From an uncultured Chloroflexia bacterium (GTDB lineage Bacteria > Chloroflexota > Chloroflexia > Thermomicrobiales > UBA6265): a DNA stretch of 64,000 bases. Where the stretch lies: contig CAVXMV010000005.1 of NCBI GenBank assembly GCA_963763125.1, positions 1,609,739-1,673,738 on the forward strand. The letters run 5' to 3'. Positions 55,174 through 64,000 of this stretch are shown one piece after another. Positions within the stretch are counted from its first letter, which is position 1, and each line of letters starts with the position of its first letter. The notes under the pieces were generated by a model. The model was given only the letters and a program-made list of their open reading frames with translations. It was not told where the DNA came from and made no database searches. The translations under genes and the position numbers were made by a program.

Positions 55174-58100
55174 TCATTCCGGTGGCGGGCCCATCACGAA
55201 TCCCGGGAACTTCTGGCCAGTCGAATGGTTGGGATCGACGAATTGCAGGCTCTGACGCCAGGCTCTCGCCTGGTCGAATCGCGGATAGATCTCCGAGACG
55301 GCCTCCGCCGAGTCGTCGCTGCTTGTCACGCGTTCCTTCATTTCGTAGTTGGCCTGGTCCGCGAACGGCGTGATATCGAGCACCTGCATCATCCCATGGT
55401 CCTCGTGGAGCAGGATGTGGCAGTGATTGACGAAGAGCCCAACATAATCCGGGAAGCGTGACCGAAACACGACGCGTCCGCCATTCCGAGGGAGCCAGAC
55501 GACGTCTTGCCAGCGCGGGTATTCGAGGATATTGACGAGATTCCCATTTTCATCGGGAACCTCGACGCGTGTCACCCAGCATGGATTCTGGTGAATGTGG
55601 AACGGGTGGTCCACTCCCTTGGTTTGCAGGCGCCAGGTCTTTGCGTTTTCGGGCTGCGCGGCAAAATTCGCCTGGCCCTGGGCACGGAGCAGGGGTTGCC
55701 CCGGATAGTGCCCGCCGCTCTGGCCTGCCGGCTGGGCCGCGGTATCGGCCCAGAGACTGATCGAATAGTTATAAACCGCCCACTCCTCGGCGGTGCTCTG
55801 CAACATCTGCGGCCGTCGATGATCGCTCGGGTCGAACTTGCGCGCCATGTCGGCGGTGATGGGGAAAAGGGGGTCCGAGTCGTCGACGACGTCGCTCGAG
55901 GCTGACCCGGCGATCGCCATCGTGCGCGAGTCCGGGGCCAGCAGCACGTAGTCGTCCGTGCCGTCGATCTTCGCATAGCGCAGGAGCTCGAGATCGCCGC
56001 CGTTGGCCTGATCGCTCTCGACAAACGCCCGGAAGTTGATGGCGGTCTCGCTGTCGCCTTCCGTGGTCACAAGCGGGAAGTCGCCCGCACCCCATCCCGA
56101 ATACATGATCGTTCGTGTCCGGAACTTTCCGGCCCGATCTGGAAGCCCGGCATCCGGATCGGCCGCCTCCTCGCCGGCGGCAGGCTTGATCCGCACCTCA
56201 TCGTTGTCGATCGGGAGCAGGTAGTCCGGCACCTCCGGCAGGACATCGACCAGGTCCATCACGTTGTAGTCGACAATCGATGGCAGCGCGGGGTCATGGG
56301 TATCTGCCGCTTCGTCGACCACGATGTAGGCCACCACGATGTCCTGCAAACCGCCAGGGAGTGTCTCATTCGTGTAGGAATTCTGGAGCTGGTTCTGGTA
56401 ATTGTCCGAATGGACCACGACTTCCCGGGCGATCACTGTGTAGATGTCCACACCGGCGCTCGTTCCGGCGGGCGCCGCCAAACGGGGCGCCTGGAACAAG
56501 AGGTCGGAGCGGTTGGCTGGCGCCAGATAGACCTCGTTGGGACGGACGAAGGTGTTCCGGATGCCCTCGGCATTCGCGAAACATGCCTCGTAGTTGGCGA
56601 GCATCGCCTGGTTAGGGTTTCCTGTGAGTTCCCGGTCGAGCGGGCTCTCGGTGCCCGCGTTCTGCTCGGCAAGATCGCGGATCGTGTAGACGGGTGCCTC
56701 GCCGCTGGCATCAATCAGCGTCACGCCGTCGAAGGCAAGATGATACAGATGCTGCTTGTCGGCGGAGACCTCGGCACTCGTCGCCGGGGTGAAATTGCCG
56801 GATGCGGCATCGCGCAGCTTGACCAGAGTCGATGTCGTTCCGCCCCCTTGCCCAGTCGTTTCCTCGACGTCGTACTGCCCCTTGAGCACCATGAACCGAA
56901 TGTAGCCCTGGCCGTCCACGCTTCCGTTGAGGATTCGCCACCGCTCGATGGCGCCGGGGCGCATGGTGATGATCATCGGGGTCTGGTCGCCGTTGACCGC
57001 CGGGTTGGCGACGCCGCCGTCCTTGAGTGTCGCGGTGTGGGCATCGGGGTCGGTGGAGGTAACGAAGACGCGCTGGATGAGCATTGCGCGCTCGATGTAG
57101 TCGTACGGTCCTGTTTTTTGCTGGGGGTCGGGATGCGGGTCACCGGTCAGTGCCAGGTTGATCGCCTCGTCGACGTCCCCTTCGATGATCAGGAACCCAG
57201 CCATGCCGCTGGAGACCTGGTTGTGGGTCGATCCGTGGCAATGCGGGTGATACCAGTGCGTGCCCGGCGGATGCGGTTGGGGGGCCAGCCCCTGCTGTTG
57301 CCGTGTTTTCGACTGGACATCGCCGATCCGGAGCTCATAGTCCGCGAAACCGGTCGTCTCGTCGTCGGACAGGAAAGTCGTCTGCTCCGGATCGCGGAGC
57401 CATTGGCAATTGGGGCTTTCGGCCTCCGCTTCCCGCATCTCGAGATCGGCCGGATCGATGACACGGAGGATGACATTGTCGGAGTGTGTCCCATCCGGAT
57501 TGCGGCCTGGTCGCACGTGGAGTCCATGCGAGTGCAGGTTGGTATCGTGTGCGGAGTGAAGACCGTTGGTGTGCTCGCCCAGGCAGAAGTCGTTCCGGGC
57601 ACTGCCAACCTGCTCCGCCTTGGCGGTGACCTGATCGGCTGTCACCCAGTTGGGCAAGACGCCCAGGTCGGGGAAGGGGCCGACATACGTCATCCCCATG
57701 TTCGGGCCAAGCAGGTTACGGAGCCGAACGAGGAGCGTCTCGTCGCCACGCATCCGGACGGTTGGGCCGGGAGTGGCGCCGTTGTAGGAAAAAAGCACGG
57801 CGCCCGGATTGCCGAAGCCAACGATTGGTCCGGGATTCTCATTTTCGACGATGTTGAGTTCAAGTTGCTGTCCGGGCCAGTCGGCTGGCCGCCAGACCCA
57901 CGGTTCCGACCACGTTTCGGTAACAGTGGCCGTGGCGATCGGATCGGGCGGCGCGACCGGCGAGGGAGCTGGTGTGCCCTGGCTCGCCGCTGGCGTCGCT
58001 TGCGAAGCTCCCGGTGTGCCCTGCCTCGATCCCCGGCCACCACCACTGCCGTCACCCTGAGCGGCGGCATTTGCGGCGATCGGGATTGTTGCCGCCCCCA

Positions 58101-58197
58101 ATAGTGCCGTCTGCAGGAGCACCCGGCGATTGATCTCTCTCCGTTGCGGCGTGTCATCGACGCGGCGAGTCTCATTGCCCGGATCCCTATTGTCCAT
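55174..58197 (-). CDS. Large Tat-exported multicopper oxidase (1007 aa)
   Basis: The Tat signal is RREINRRVLLQTALLGAATIPIAANAAAQG. All four MCO copper motifs are present: LHSHGLHV, HWYHPHCHG, HPFHIHQNP and HCHILLHEDHGMM. AGGAG lies upstream of the ATG. Confidence 0.9.
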   Translation of the reverse strand: MDNRDPGNETRRVDDTPQRREINRRVLLQTALLGAATIPIAANAAAQGDGSGGGRGSRQGTPGASQATPAASQGTPAPSPVAPPDPIATATVTETWSEPWVWRPADWPGQQLELNIVENENPGPIVGFGNPGAVLFSYNGATPGPTVRMRGDETLLVRLRNLLGPNMGMTYVGPFPDLGVLPNWVTADQVTAKAEQVGSARNDFCLGEHTNGLHSAHDTNLHSHGLHVRPGRNPDGTHSDNVILRVIDPADLEMREAEAESPNCQWLRDPEQTTFLSDDETTGFADYELRIGDVQSKTRQQQGLAPQPHPPGTHWYHPHCHGSTHNQVSSGMAGFLIIEGDVDEAINLALTGDPHPDPQQKTGPYDYIERAMLIQRVFVTSTDPDAHTATLKDGGVANPAVNGDQTPMIITMRPGAIERWRILNGSVDGQGYIRFMVLKGQYDVEETTGQGGGTTSTLVKLRDAASGNFTPATSAEVSADKQHLYHLAFDGVTLIDASGEAPVYTIRDLAEQNAGTESPLDRELTGNPNQAMLANYEACFANAEGIRNTFVRPNEVYLAPANRSDLLFQAPRLAAPAGTSAGVDIYTVIAREVVVHSDNYQNQLQNSYTNETLPGGLQDIVVAYIVVDEAADTHDPALPSIVDYNVMDLVDVLPEVPDYLLPIDNDEVRIKPAAGEEAADPDAGLPDRAGKFRTRTIMYSGWGAGDFPLVTTEGDSETAINFRAFVESDQANGGDLELLRYAKIDGTDDYVLLAPDSRTMAIAGSASSDVVDDSDPLFPITADMARKFDPSDHRRPQMLQSTAEEWAVYNYSISLWADTAAQPAGQSGGHYPGQPLLRAQGQANFAAQPENAKTWRLQTKGVDHPFHIHQNPCWVTRVEVPDENGNLVNILEYPRWQDVVWLPRNGGRVVFRSRFPDYVGLFVNHCHILLHEDHGMMQVLDITPFADQANYEMKERVTSSDDSAEAVSEIYPRFDQARAWRQSLQFVDPNHSTGQKFPGFVMGPPPE

Positions 58198-58333
58198 GAG
58201 CTCTCCTTGGTGAGTGTCTATTCGTTTGTGTCCTGCCTTTTACCCTATCACCGACAGCGAATCTGTCAAACAAGGGAGTACCATCGGGGTCAATCGCTCG
58301 CAATCGGAGTAGCCTATCGGAGCATCTATATTT

Positions 58334-58368
58334 AAAAGAGGCGGCCCATTGGACCGCCCCTTCCTTTT
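58334..58368. terminator. Hairpin family E copy 2 (bidirectional terminator candidate)
   Basis: aaaagaggcggccc-att-ggaccgccccttcctttt has T-runs on both strands. It lies between the small Tat-protein gene and the MCO gene. Confidence 0.55.
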
Positions 58369-58481
58369 CAATTCAATACGATGAGTGCTGGCCGGGTACG
58401 ACGATGACACCGCATTGGCCCGGAGTATTCATCAGCCACGCAGGCACGCGCTGGTCCTGGGGGAACGCGTGGATGGGGAGC

Positions 58482-58503
58482 GATGTGGCCGCCACATCCA
58501 GCG
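58482..58503. repeat. Partial repeat family B copy
   Basis: gatgtggccgccacatccagcg shares gccgccacatccagcg with 26271-26305. Confidence 0.5.
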
Positions 58504-58564
58504 TATCCGCGTTTCCAGCAGGGCCGGCTACTCCCAGGACTTCGGCCTTAGTGAATAGTCCAGG

Positions 58565-59124
58565 CTAGGCGAAGGTGATCACCTGAATGTTGCCGGTAGT
58601 CAATTCACTCCCGACATCGTAGTCAAATCCGGTTTCGGCCTCAGTGGGAACCGGCGTTCCGGTCATCTCGGCCGTGGCACTCCCAACGACCAGGCGAATC
58701 AGGTCGACCGAGGCGCCAATCTCGCCGCTATCGACCACTCTCAGGCCAAATGGGTATGCACCCTCGCCATTGACCGATGCGGTTCCGGTCATGATCCGGG
58801 CAGTCTCAATATCTCCAGGTCCGTAGGATTCGATCGCAACCAGGGCAATGGTCAACGGCGCACCATCCATGCCCGCCGGGTCGTACCAGGCCAGCGTCCC
58901 TGGACGACAGGGGCAGGGGCATCGTCGAGCTGCATCCTCGTTCCCAACGCCGAGAACTGGATCGGACCGTTGGGACCGTCCAGCGATCCCCCGGCAACCA
59001 TCCCGGCCGCGCTGCTGATGGCCGCGATTGCTGCATTGGGAGTCGACAGCGAAAGCAAGGCGAGGCCGGCAAATCCGGCTCCCAGGGAGGTGATCGCGGT
59101 GCGACGTGTGGCAGGGGCGTCCAT
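58565..59124 (-). pseudogene. Small Tat-signal secreted protein of unknown function, one frame change
   Basis: MDAPATRRTAITSLGAGFAGLALLSLSTPNAAIAA...QLDDAPAPVVQG runs to ~58903. It continues as TLAWYDPAGMDGAPLTIALVAIESYGPGD...NIQVITFA (one missing nucleotide). Confidence 0.6.
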
Positions 59125-59222
59125 GAGATGTCCTCCGGTCTGTAAAACATTGGATGTGGGGTCGTCAAGGGTTCCCGATGGTCGTCCTCGCGCTTCCCGG
59201 TTCGACGTTCAGGTTACTGGGA

Positions 59223-62046
59223 TCAGGGGTCCAGTATACCCTTGTCCCTGGCCCAGTTCGAAAGTTCCGTCCGGTTTCCAGTTTCCGTTTTTTGCAGCAT
59301 GTTGCGCAGATGGGCATGAACCGTTCGTTCGCTGATATAGAGTTCGTCGGCCACGCGTCGATCGGCGTACCCCTGCGCGACCAGGCGCAGCACCTCCAGC
59401 TCCCGACGTGTGATACCGGCGAGATCGGGGTGGTTGCCGGCCGCGGTCGAGGTTGCCGCCATCGCTCGTTCATGCCAGGTCGTCATGCCCAGCGAGTTGA
59501 AGAGCTCGATGGCTTCGTTCAACAGGATTTTGCGTTTGGCGAGTGATGTTGTGGGTGCCATCGCCTGCTCGTAGCAGGCAATGCCCAGCAACGGTGCTTG
59601 GCCTTGCACCGCGAGCAAGTCCCGTGCCTTTTCGAACATTCGCTGGGCAAGCGGATCACCAAGCAGGGTGAGCATGCGCGCCCGGGTCAGGTACAGGCTG
59701 GTTTGCGGATAGTCACGCATCCCCGAGGCGATGATACCGGATGCGAGGCGATCGAACGTTGCGGCACGGTCAGCTGGCGCCGAGTTTGGCGATGGCATCG
59801 GCGGCCCAGGCAACAACCCCATTAACCTGCTGAATGCCAGGATAGGTGGCGATCCCGGCCAACTCGTCGACGAGTTGCAATGCGCGGGACACGCCAATAC
59901 CGGCACTGCTGGCGGCCGACGCCGCCATCGCGGCATAGAGTGGCACCGCAAGTTGTGCCTCCAAACCCTGAGGCGGATCGCCGACAAACTGCAACCAGTA
60001 CGATGCCTGGTTTGGCCAATCGCCATCGAGATAATGGGTCAGTGCGAAGTCGCGTTCCATCAGCAGGGCTTCGGCATCGCTGGCGGGCCCAAGGGCGGCA
60101 TTGGCCTCGTCAGCCAGCCGCTTGCTGGCAACCGCCAGGTCGAACTCGCCCAATGTGACATGCAGCAACGTGATCTGGTTGAGCGCATTCGCCTGCCAGG
60201 GAATCGCCCCGATGCGCCGTGCGGTGGTCAACACCTCGTTCCAAAGACTCATTGCCTGGCGAAATTCACCGTGGCGATAGGTGAGGTCATTGGCCGCTGC
60301 GCTCAATCCTCGCAAGGTTGCCCGCGGATGTTGCCAGGTGCGGGCGTGGGCTATCAGGTTTCGCGTCAGGTTGAGACTTCGTGGATCGAATGACTCGATG
60401 GTTTGTACCAGGTCTTCTTCATTGTCGCTTTGCCGGGCGATTCGAAGTGCTTCAGCGTTGTAGCCAATCCACCGTGCGACAAAGAGCATCTCATTCGGGA
60501 CCGATTCGATCGGATCGCTGAGCAGGCGCAGTCGTGCCCAGTGAATGTCCCGGCGATCGCCGAGCGCACGCAATCCCGCCCGCTGCAGGCGCGTGCGGAC
60601 CGGCGCGCTTGCGCCGACCGCTTTCAGCGCGTGCGCAAGCTGCCAGCAGACATTTGCCACGGTTTCTGGCGACGCATCGGAATCGCGCAGCATCTGGACC
60701 GCGCGTTCGGCCGATTCTACGGCGTCATCGATCCGGAGCGATTCCGTCAATGCCAGGGCACGCCGCCATTCGAGATCGGCGCGCACTGCCAGGGGTTCGG
60801 TGATTGCCAGGTCGGTAGCGATCGTCAGCAGGTCCGCGGCCTGCCCGAAGTCGAATGCCTGTGACGCCTGTTCCGCACTGGCGCGTGCGTGAACGATTCC
60901 CCGATTCGCGCCCTCAATGCTTCGCGAAGCGAAATAATGCATCGCGAGATCACCGGCCACTGCCTCCTCGCGACCGTCAAAGAGACGTTCCAGGGTTTCT
61001 GCCGCCTGACGATGCAAACGGGCCCGGCGACTTGAACTCCAACTGCCGGCAATCGATTCACGGACGATTCCGTGGGTGAAGTCGTACTGTTCCGGCCGCC
61101 GATCTGTTGGACGCACGAAGTCACTGGCGAGCGCTTCGTCGATGGAGTCGAGGAGGTCTTGTTCGTCCAGACCGGTCATCGCGCGGAGGATCTGGAAGTC
61201 GAATCCGTGGGTGAGAATGGCGGCGACGCTGAGCATGTGCCGGGTTCGTTCGGACAGTCTGGTGAATCGCAGGCGCACGACCTCGCGAATCGACGGTGGA
61301 ATTCCACGATCCAGCTCATGCAGGGCAGGATCGCCAGCGGGTGAATCATGTTCAAGATAGAGCCGCACGATTTCGGAAATAAAGAAGGGGTTCCCGTTCG
61401 TGTCGGCGGTCAACTGACGAATAACCGCTGGAGACGCCGTCCGGCCCAATTGCGTCACCATCGCGGCGACCTCTGGTTCGTCCATGCCGGTTACGTCGAG
61501 CCAGTGGATGGCGGGATCCCGGTACAGGTTGGCGACAGAAGCCAAAAAGCTCGAATCACGATCCGAAATCGGCGTGCGCCAGGCACCGAGGATCATGACG
61601 GGCGCCGTGCCCAATCCGGATATCAGTTGAAAGAGCACGTCGCGCGAAAGCTGATCCATCCATTGGATATCATCGAATGTGATGACGATTGGGCGTATGG
61701 AGGCTGCGTCACGAATCGATTCCAGTATGGCGTGATGAACGCGGTAGCGATGTTCATCAGGCGAGATGTCGGAGTCATTCGCTGCCGACGCCAGAATGGG
61801 AGCCAGATCGAGCTGCTCCAGGATCGATGACCAGGTGGCGTAGGGCGGCGACCAGATTCCTTCGTTCGAAACGTGGGATGCGACGGCAAGACCCCGCTGC
61901 TCGGCGACATGGCGAAGGTGCGCCAGGAGCGATGTCTTGCCGATTCCTGGTTCCCCGCTGATGAGCAAGGTGCGTGCGCCCCTGGTGTGGATATCGTCCA
62001 GGGAATGCACCAGCACTTCGAGTTCGTGCGTTCGGCCGACAAGCAT
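59223..62046 (-). pseudogene. LuxR-family regulator with N-terminal AAA/STAND ATPase and TPR-like region, one frame change
   Basis: The Walker A motif is LLISGEPGIGKTSLL. ORF 59770-62046 ends ...DAIAKLGAS-stop. The C-terminal part continues in ORF 59223-60026 from ~59785, with the LuxR HTH ITRRELEVLRLVAQGYADRRVADELYISERTVHAHLRNMLQK. Confidence 0.8.
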
Positions 62047-62201
62047 GCAAACCCTCTGCCACAGGGATGGTCTCGCGAAATGTCCGCTATTGACACACTA
62101 CCAGAAGCGGGCGCGAATGGGACGGAGCAGATTTCGGGGACTGGCGTATGGGAACGTCTGCGAATTGACCGTCCGGAAGCCAACGACGTGTTTTGATGAA
62201 C

Positions 62202-62234
62202 AGGAAGAGGCGGCCCATCGGGTCGCCTCTTCCT
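62202..62234. terminator. Hairpin family E copy 3, downstream of ino1
   Basis: aggaagaggcggcc-catc-gggtcgcctcttcct lies 50 nt after the stop at 62284. Confidence 0.45.
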
Positions 62235-62283
62235 AATATAGCAGAAATGGAGGAAAGTCAGGGTGCATGTGATCGGTGCTGAA

Positions 62284-63432
62284 TTAAACCGAAACCGCTT
62301 CTTCCTCCCGTACGTAGCGGTAGTCGCCGATGAACTCCTCGACCCGGTTGCGGGCGATATCGTCGTGGTACTGCTCGGGCGGTGACTTCATGAAATACGA
62401 GCTTGGCGCCAGCAACGCCCCCCCAAGCCCGTTGTTCAGGGCCAGCTTGCAGCAGCGGATGGCGTCGATCACGACCCCCGCGCTGTTCGGGGAATCCCAG
62501 ACCTCAAGCTTCAGCTCCACATTGAGCGGGACATCGCCGAAGGTCGTGCCCTCCATCCGGATCTGTGCCCACTTCCGGTCCTGCAGCCACGGCACATGAT
62601 CGCTTGGTCCCACATGGACATTGCCGGCCTCGAGATCGTAGTCCAACTGTGAGGTGACGGCGTTGGTCTTGGAGATCTTCTTCGACTCAAGCCGGTCCCG
62701 TTCCAGCATGTTCAGGAAATCGGTGTTGCCGCCGAAATTGAGCTGGTAGGTACGATCGATCCGCACGCCGCGGTCGGCGAACAGGCGGGCCAGCATCCGG
62801 TGCGTGATCGTGGCCCCGACCTGGCTCTTGATGTCGTCGCCGACGATCGGCAACCCGGCTTCCTCGAAGCGGGCCCGCCAGTCGTCCTCGCGAGCGATGA
62901 AGACCGGTATGCAGTTCACGAAACCGCAGCCTGCTTCCAGGATCTGCCCCACGTACCACCGGGTCGCCAGCTCGGACCCGACCGGCAGGTAGGAGACGAC
63001 GACATCGGTTTGCGTGTCTTTTAGGACCTGCGCGACATCGACGGTCGGCGCATCGGACTGGGTGATCACCTCGGAGAGGTAGCGACCGATGCCGTCGAGC
63101 GTATTGCCGCGCTGGACGGGTACATTCAGATGGGGAACATCGGAGAATTTGATGGTGTTGTTCGGCTCGGCCCAGATCGCTTCGCCCAGATCCTTGCCAA
63201 CCTTGTTGGCATCGACATCGAAGGCGGCACTGAACTCGATATCACGAATGTGATATCCGCCGAGGTTGACGTGCATCAGACCGGGGACGAATTCATCCTC
63301 CGGGGCGTTCTTGTAATACTCCACGCCTTGCACGAGTGACGATGCGCAATTGCCGACACCGATGATGGCAACCCGAATCTTTTCTTTCCGCGGTTCCTGG
63401 GTTCCCAGGCTCATCTGCTGATCCTGATTCAT
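62284..63432 (-). CDS. ino1: myo-Inositol-1-phosphate synthase
   Basis: The start [41 protein letters not shown] has GGAGG upstream. The whole ORF is colinear with bacterial and archaeal MIPS (NAD-binding N-terminus, ...GGNTDFLNM...). Confidence 0.9.
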   Translation of the reverse strand: MNQDQQMSLGTQEPRKEKIRVAIIGVGNCASSLVQGVEYYKNAPEDEFVPGLMHVNLGGYHIRDIEFSAAFDVDANKVGKDLGEAIWAEPNNTIKFSDVPHLNVPVQRGNTLDGIGRYLSEVITQSDAPTVDVAQVLKDTQTDVVVSYLPVGSELATRWYVGQILEAGCGFVNCIPVFIAREDDWRARFEEAGLPIVGDDIKSQVGATITHRMLARLFADRGVRIDRTYQLNFGGNTDFLNMLERDRLESKKISKTNAVTSQLDYDLEAGNVHVGPSDHVPWLQDRKWAQIRMEGTTFGDVPLNVELKLEVWDSPNSAGVVIDAIRCCKLALNNGLGGALLAPSSYFMKSPPEQYHDDIARNRVEEFIGDYRYVREEEAVSV

Positions 63433-64000
63433 GGCTTGAATGCCTCCGGAAATGCTTTCGCATCCCTGGCGAACAGCGCCGTCTCCCGTGACTATGGACA
63501 TGAAGCACGCACGACACCGAAACCCCTCCTCGAAAGCCCGAAGGCAACGAGTGGGATCGGATCGTACTCCTTGAAGAAGGAGCCGAGCAGCCGGAAGGGA
63601 TCGTCTGGCGATCCTTGGCTGATCTCTGCGCACGTTCCGTTGTCAAGGTGAGGACGGATCGCTGCAACTGCAACGTTCGATCGTCCACCATCGGTGAATC
63701 CGTTATGCCCTGCCCCGCGGTGGCAAATGGGCGCGATGCGCCGATGTGTCCCGGCCATTCTACACAAGATCGAGCCGAGGTGCAGGATTGAGAGCAAGGG
63801 ACGACGTATTCGCGATCGAGTTCCCTCGTGATCCGATTGTGCTGCTCGAGCTCAAGCCAACCTTCGCCGAACATCTGGGGCTTGCCGCAGAACTGACACG
63901 CAGCCTGGCGGAACGAATCGGTTCAGCCTGACTCGACCGTCGCTTTATACGTGGCATTTCCGCAATGGAGTCCCCTGTTGTCGCATCGCCCGCCCCCTAC

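Noticed and set aside
63746-63931. 61-aa plus-strand ORF (…DDVFAIEFPRDPIVLLELKPTFAEHLGLAAELTRSLAERIGSA). Also a possible minus-strand gene tail ending near 63926.
   Set aside because: There is no recognisable family, no convincing RBS, and competing ORFs on both strands at the window edge. The evidence is insufficient to call a gene.
1-64000. Search for rRNA, tRNA, CRISPR arrays, transposases, integrases, phage genes and known defence systems
   Set aside because: None was recognised in any frame or spacer by eye. Absence cannot be proven without tRNAscan, Infernal or HMM searches.

Overview
GC-rich bacterial chromosomal window. I found no rRNA, tRNA, CRISPR array, transposase or integrase by eye. 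About 60 protein-coding loci can be supported from the ORF translations.

Layout:
- 0-5 kb: peptide-type ABC importer.
- 5.7-13.3 kb: creatininase and a sugar or organic-acid catabolic operon (CN-hydrolase, Gfo/Idh/MocA, two SDRs, TIM-barrel isomerase, enolase-superfamily enzyme).
- 13.7-18.6 kb: ECF sigma factor with a zinc anti-sigma factor, BBE-type FAD oxidase, ABM protein and a secreted S1 protease.
- 19.2-21.2 kb: three tandem nitroreductase paralogues.
- 21.8-25.9 kb: YceI, then a Zn-ADH / DapA-like / enolase cluster.
- 26.6-29.0 kb: class B penicillin-binding protein.
- 29.2-34.3 kb: five consecutive broken genes.
- 34.3-36.5 kb: F420-type LLM and PPOX enzymes with a TetR regulator.
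- 37.5-41.2 kb: head-to-tail array of three double-GNAT genes.
- 41.4-42.8 kb: DinB and a Phd/PIN toxin-antitoxin remnant.
- 43.0-52.6 kb: island of small-molecule-modifying enzymes (DDN, two methyltransferases, two nucleotidyltransferases, NUDIX, ANT(6), APH, hydrolase).
- 52.7-54.9 kb: CsoR-CDF metal efflux pair and ParDE.
- 55.2-62.0 kb: 1007-aa Tat-exported multicopper oxidase with a LuxR-type ATPase regulator.
- 62.3-63.4 kb: myo-inositol-1-phosphate synthase.

Two themes run across the whole window:
1. Seventeen loci are frame-broken or truncated, and the breaks are clustered rather than evenly spread.
2. Almost every intergenic spacer carries copies of a few short repeat or hairpin families.

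Gene content (F420-type enzymes, DinB, ZAS anti-sigma factor, ino1) fits Actinomycetota or Chloroflexota-like organisms, but I cannot assign a taxon from sequence alone.

The most unusual candidates are the double-GNAT array with the adjacent modification island, and the segments flanked by duplicated gene 3' ends. I did not recognise any known defence or biosynthetic system, and no single novel system can be asserted with confidence.
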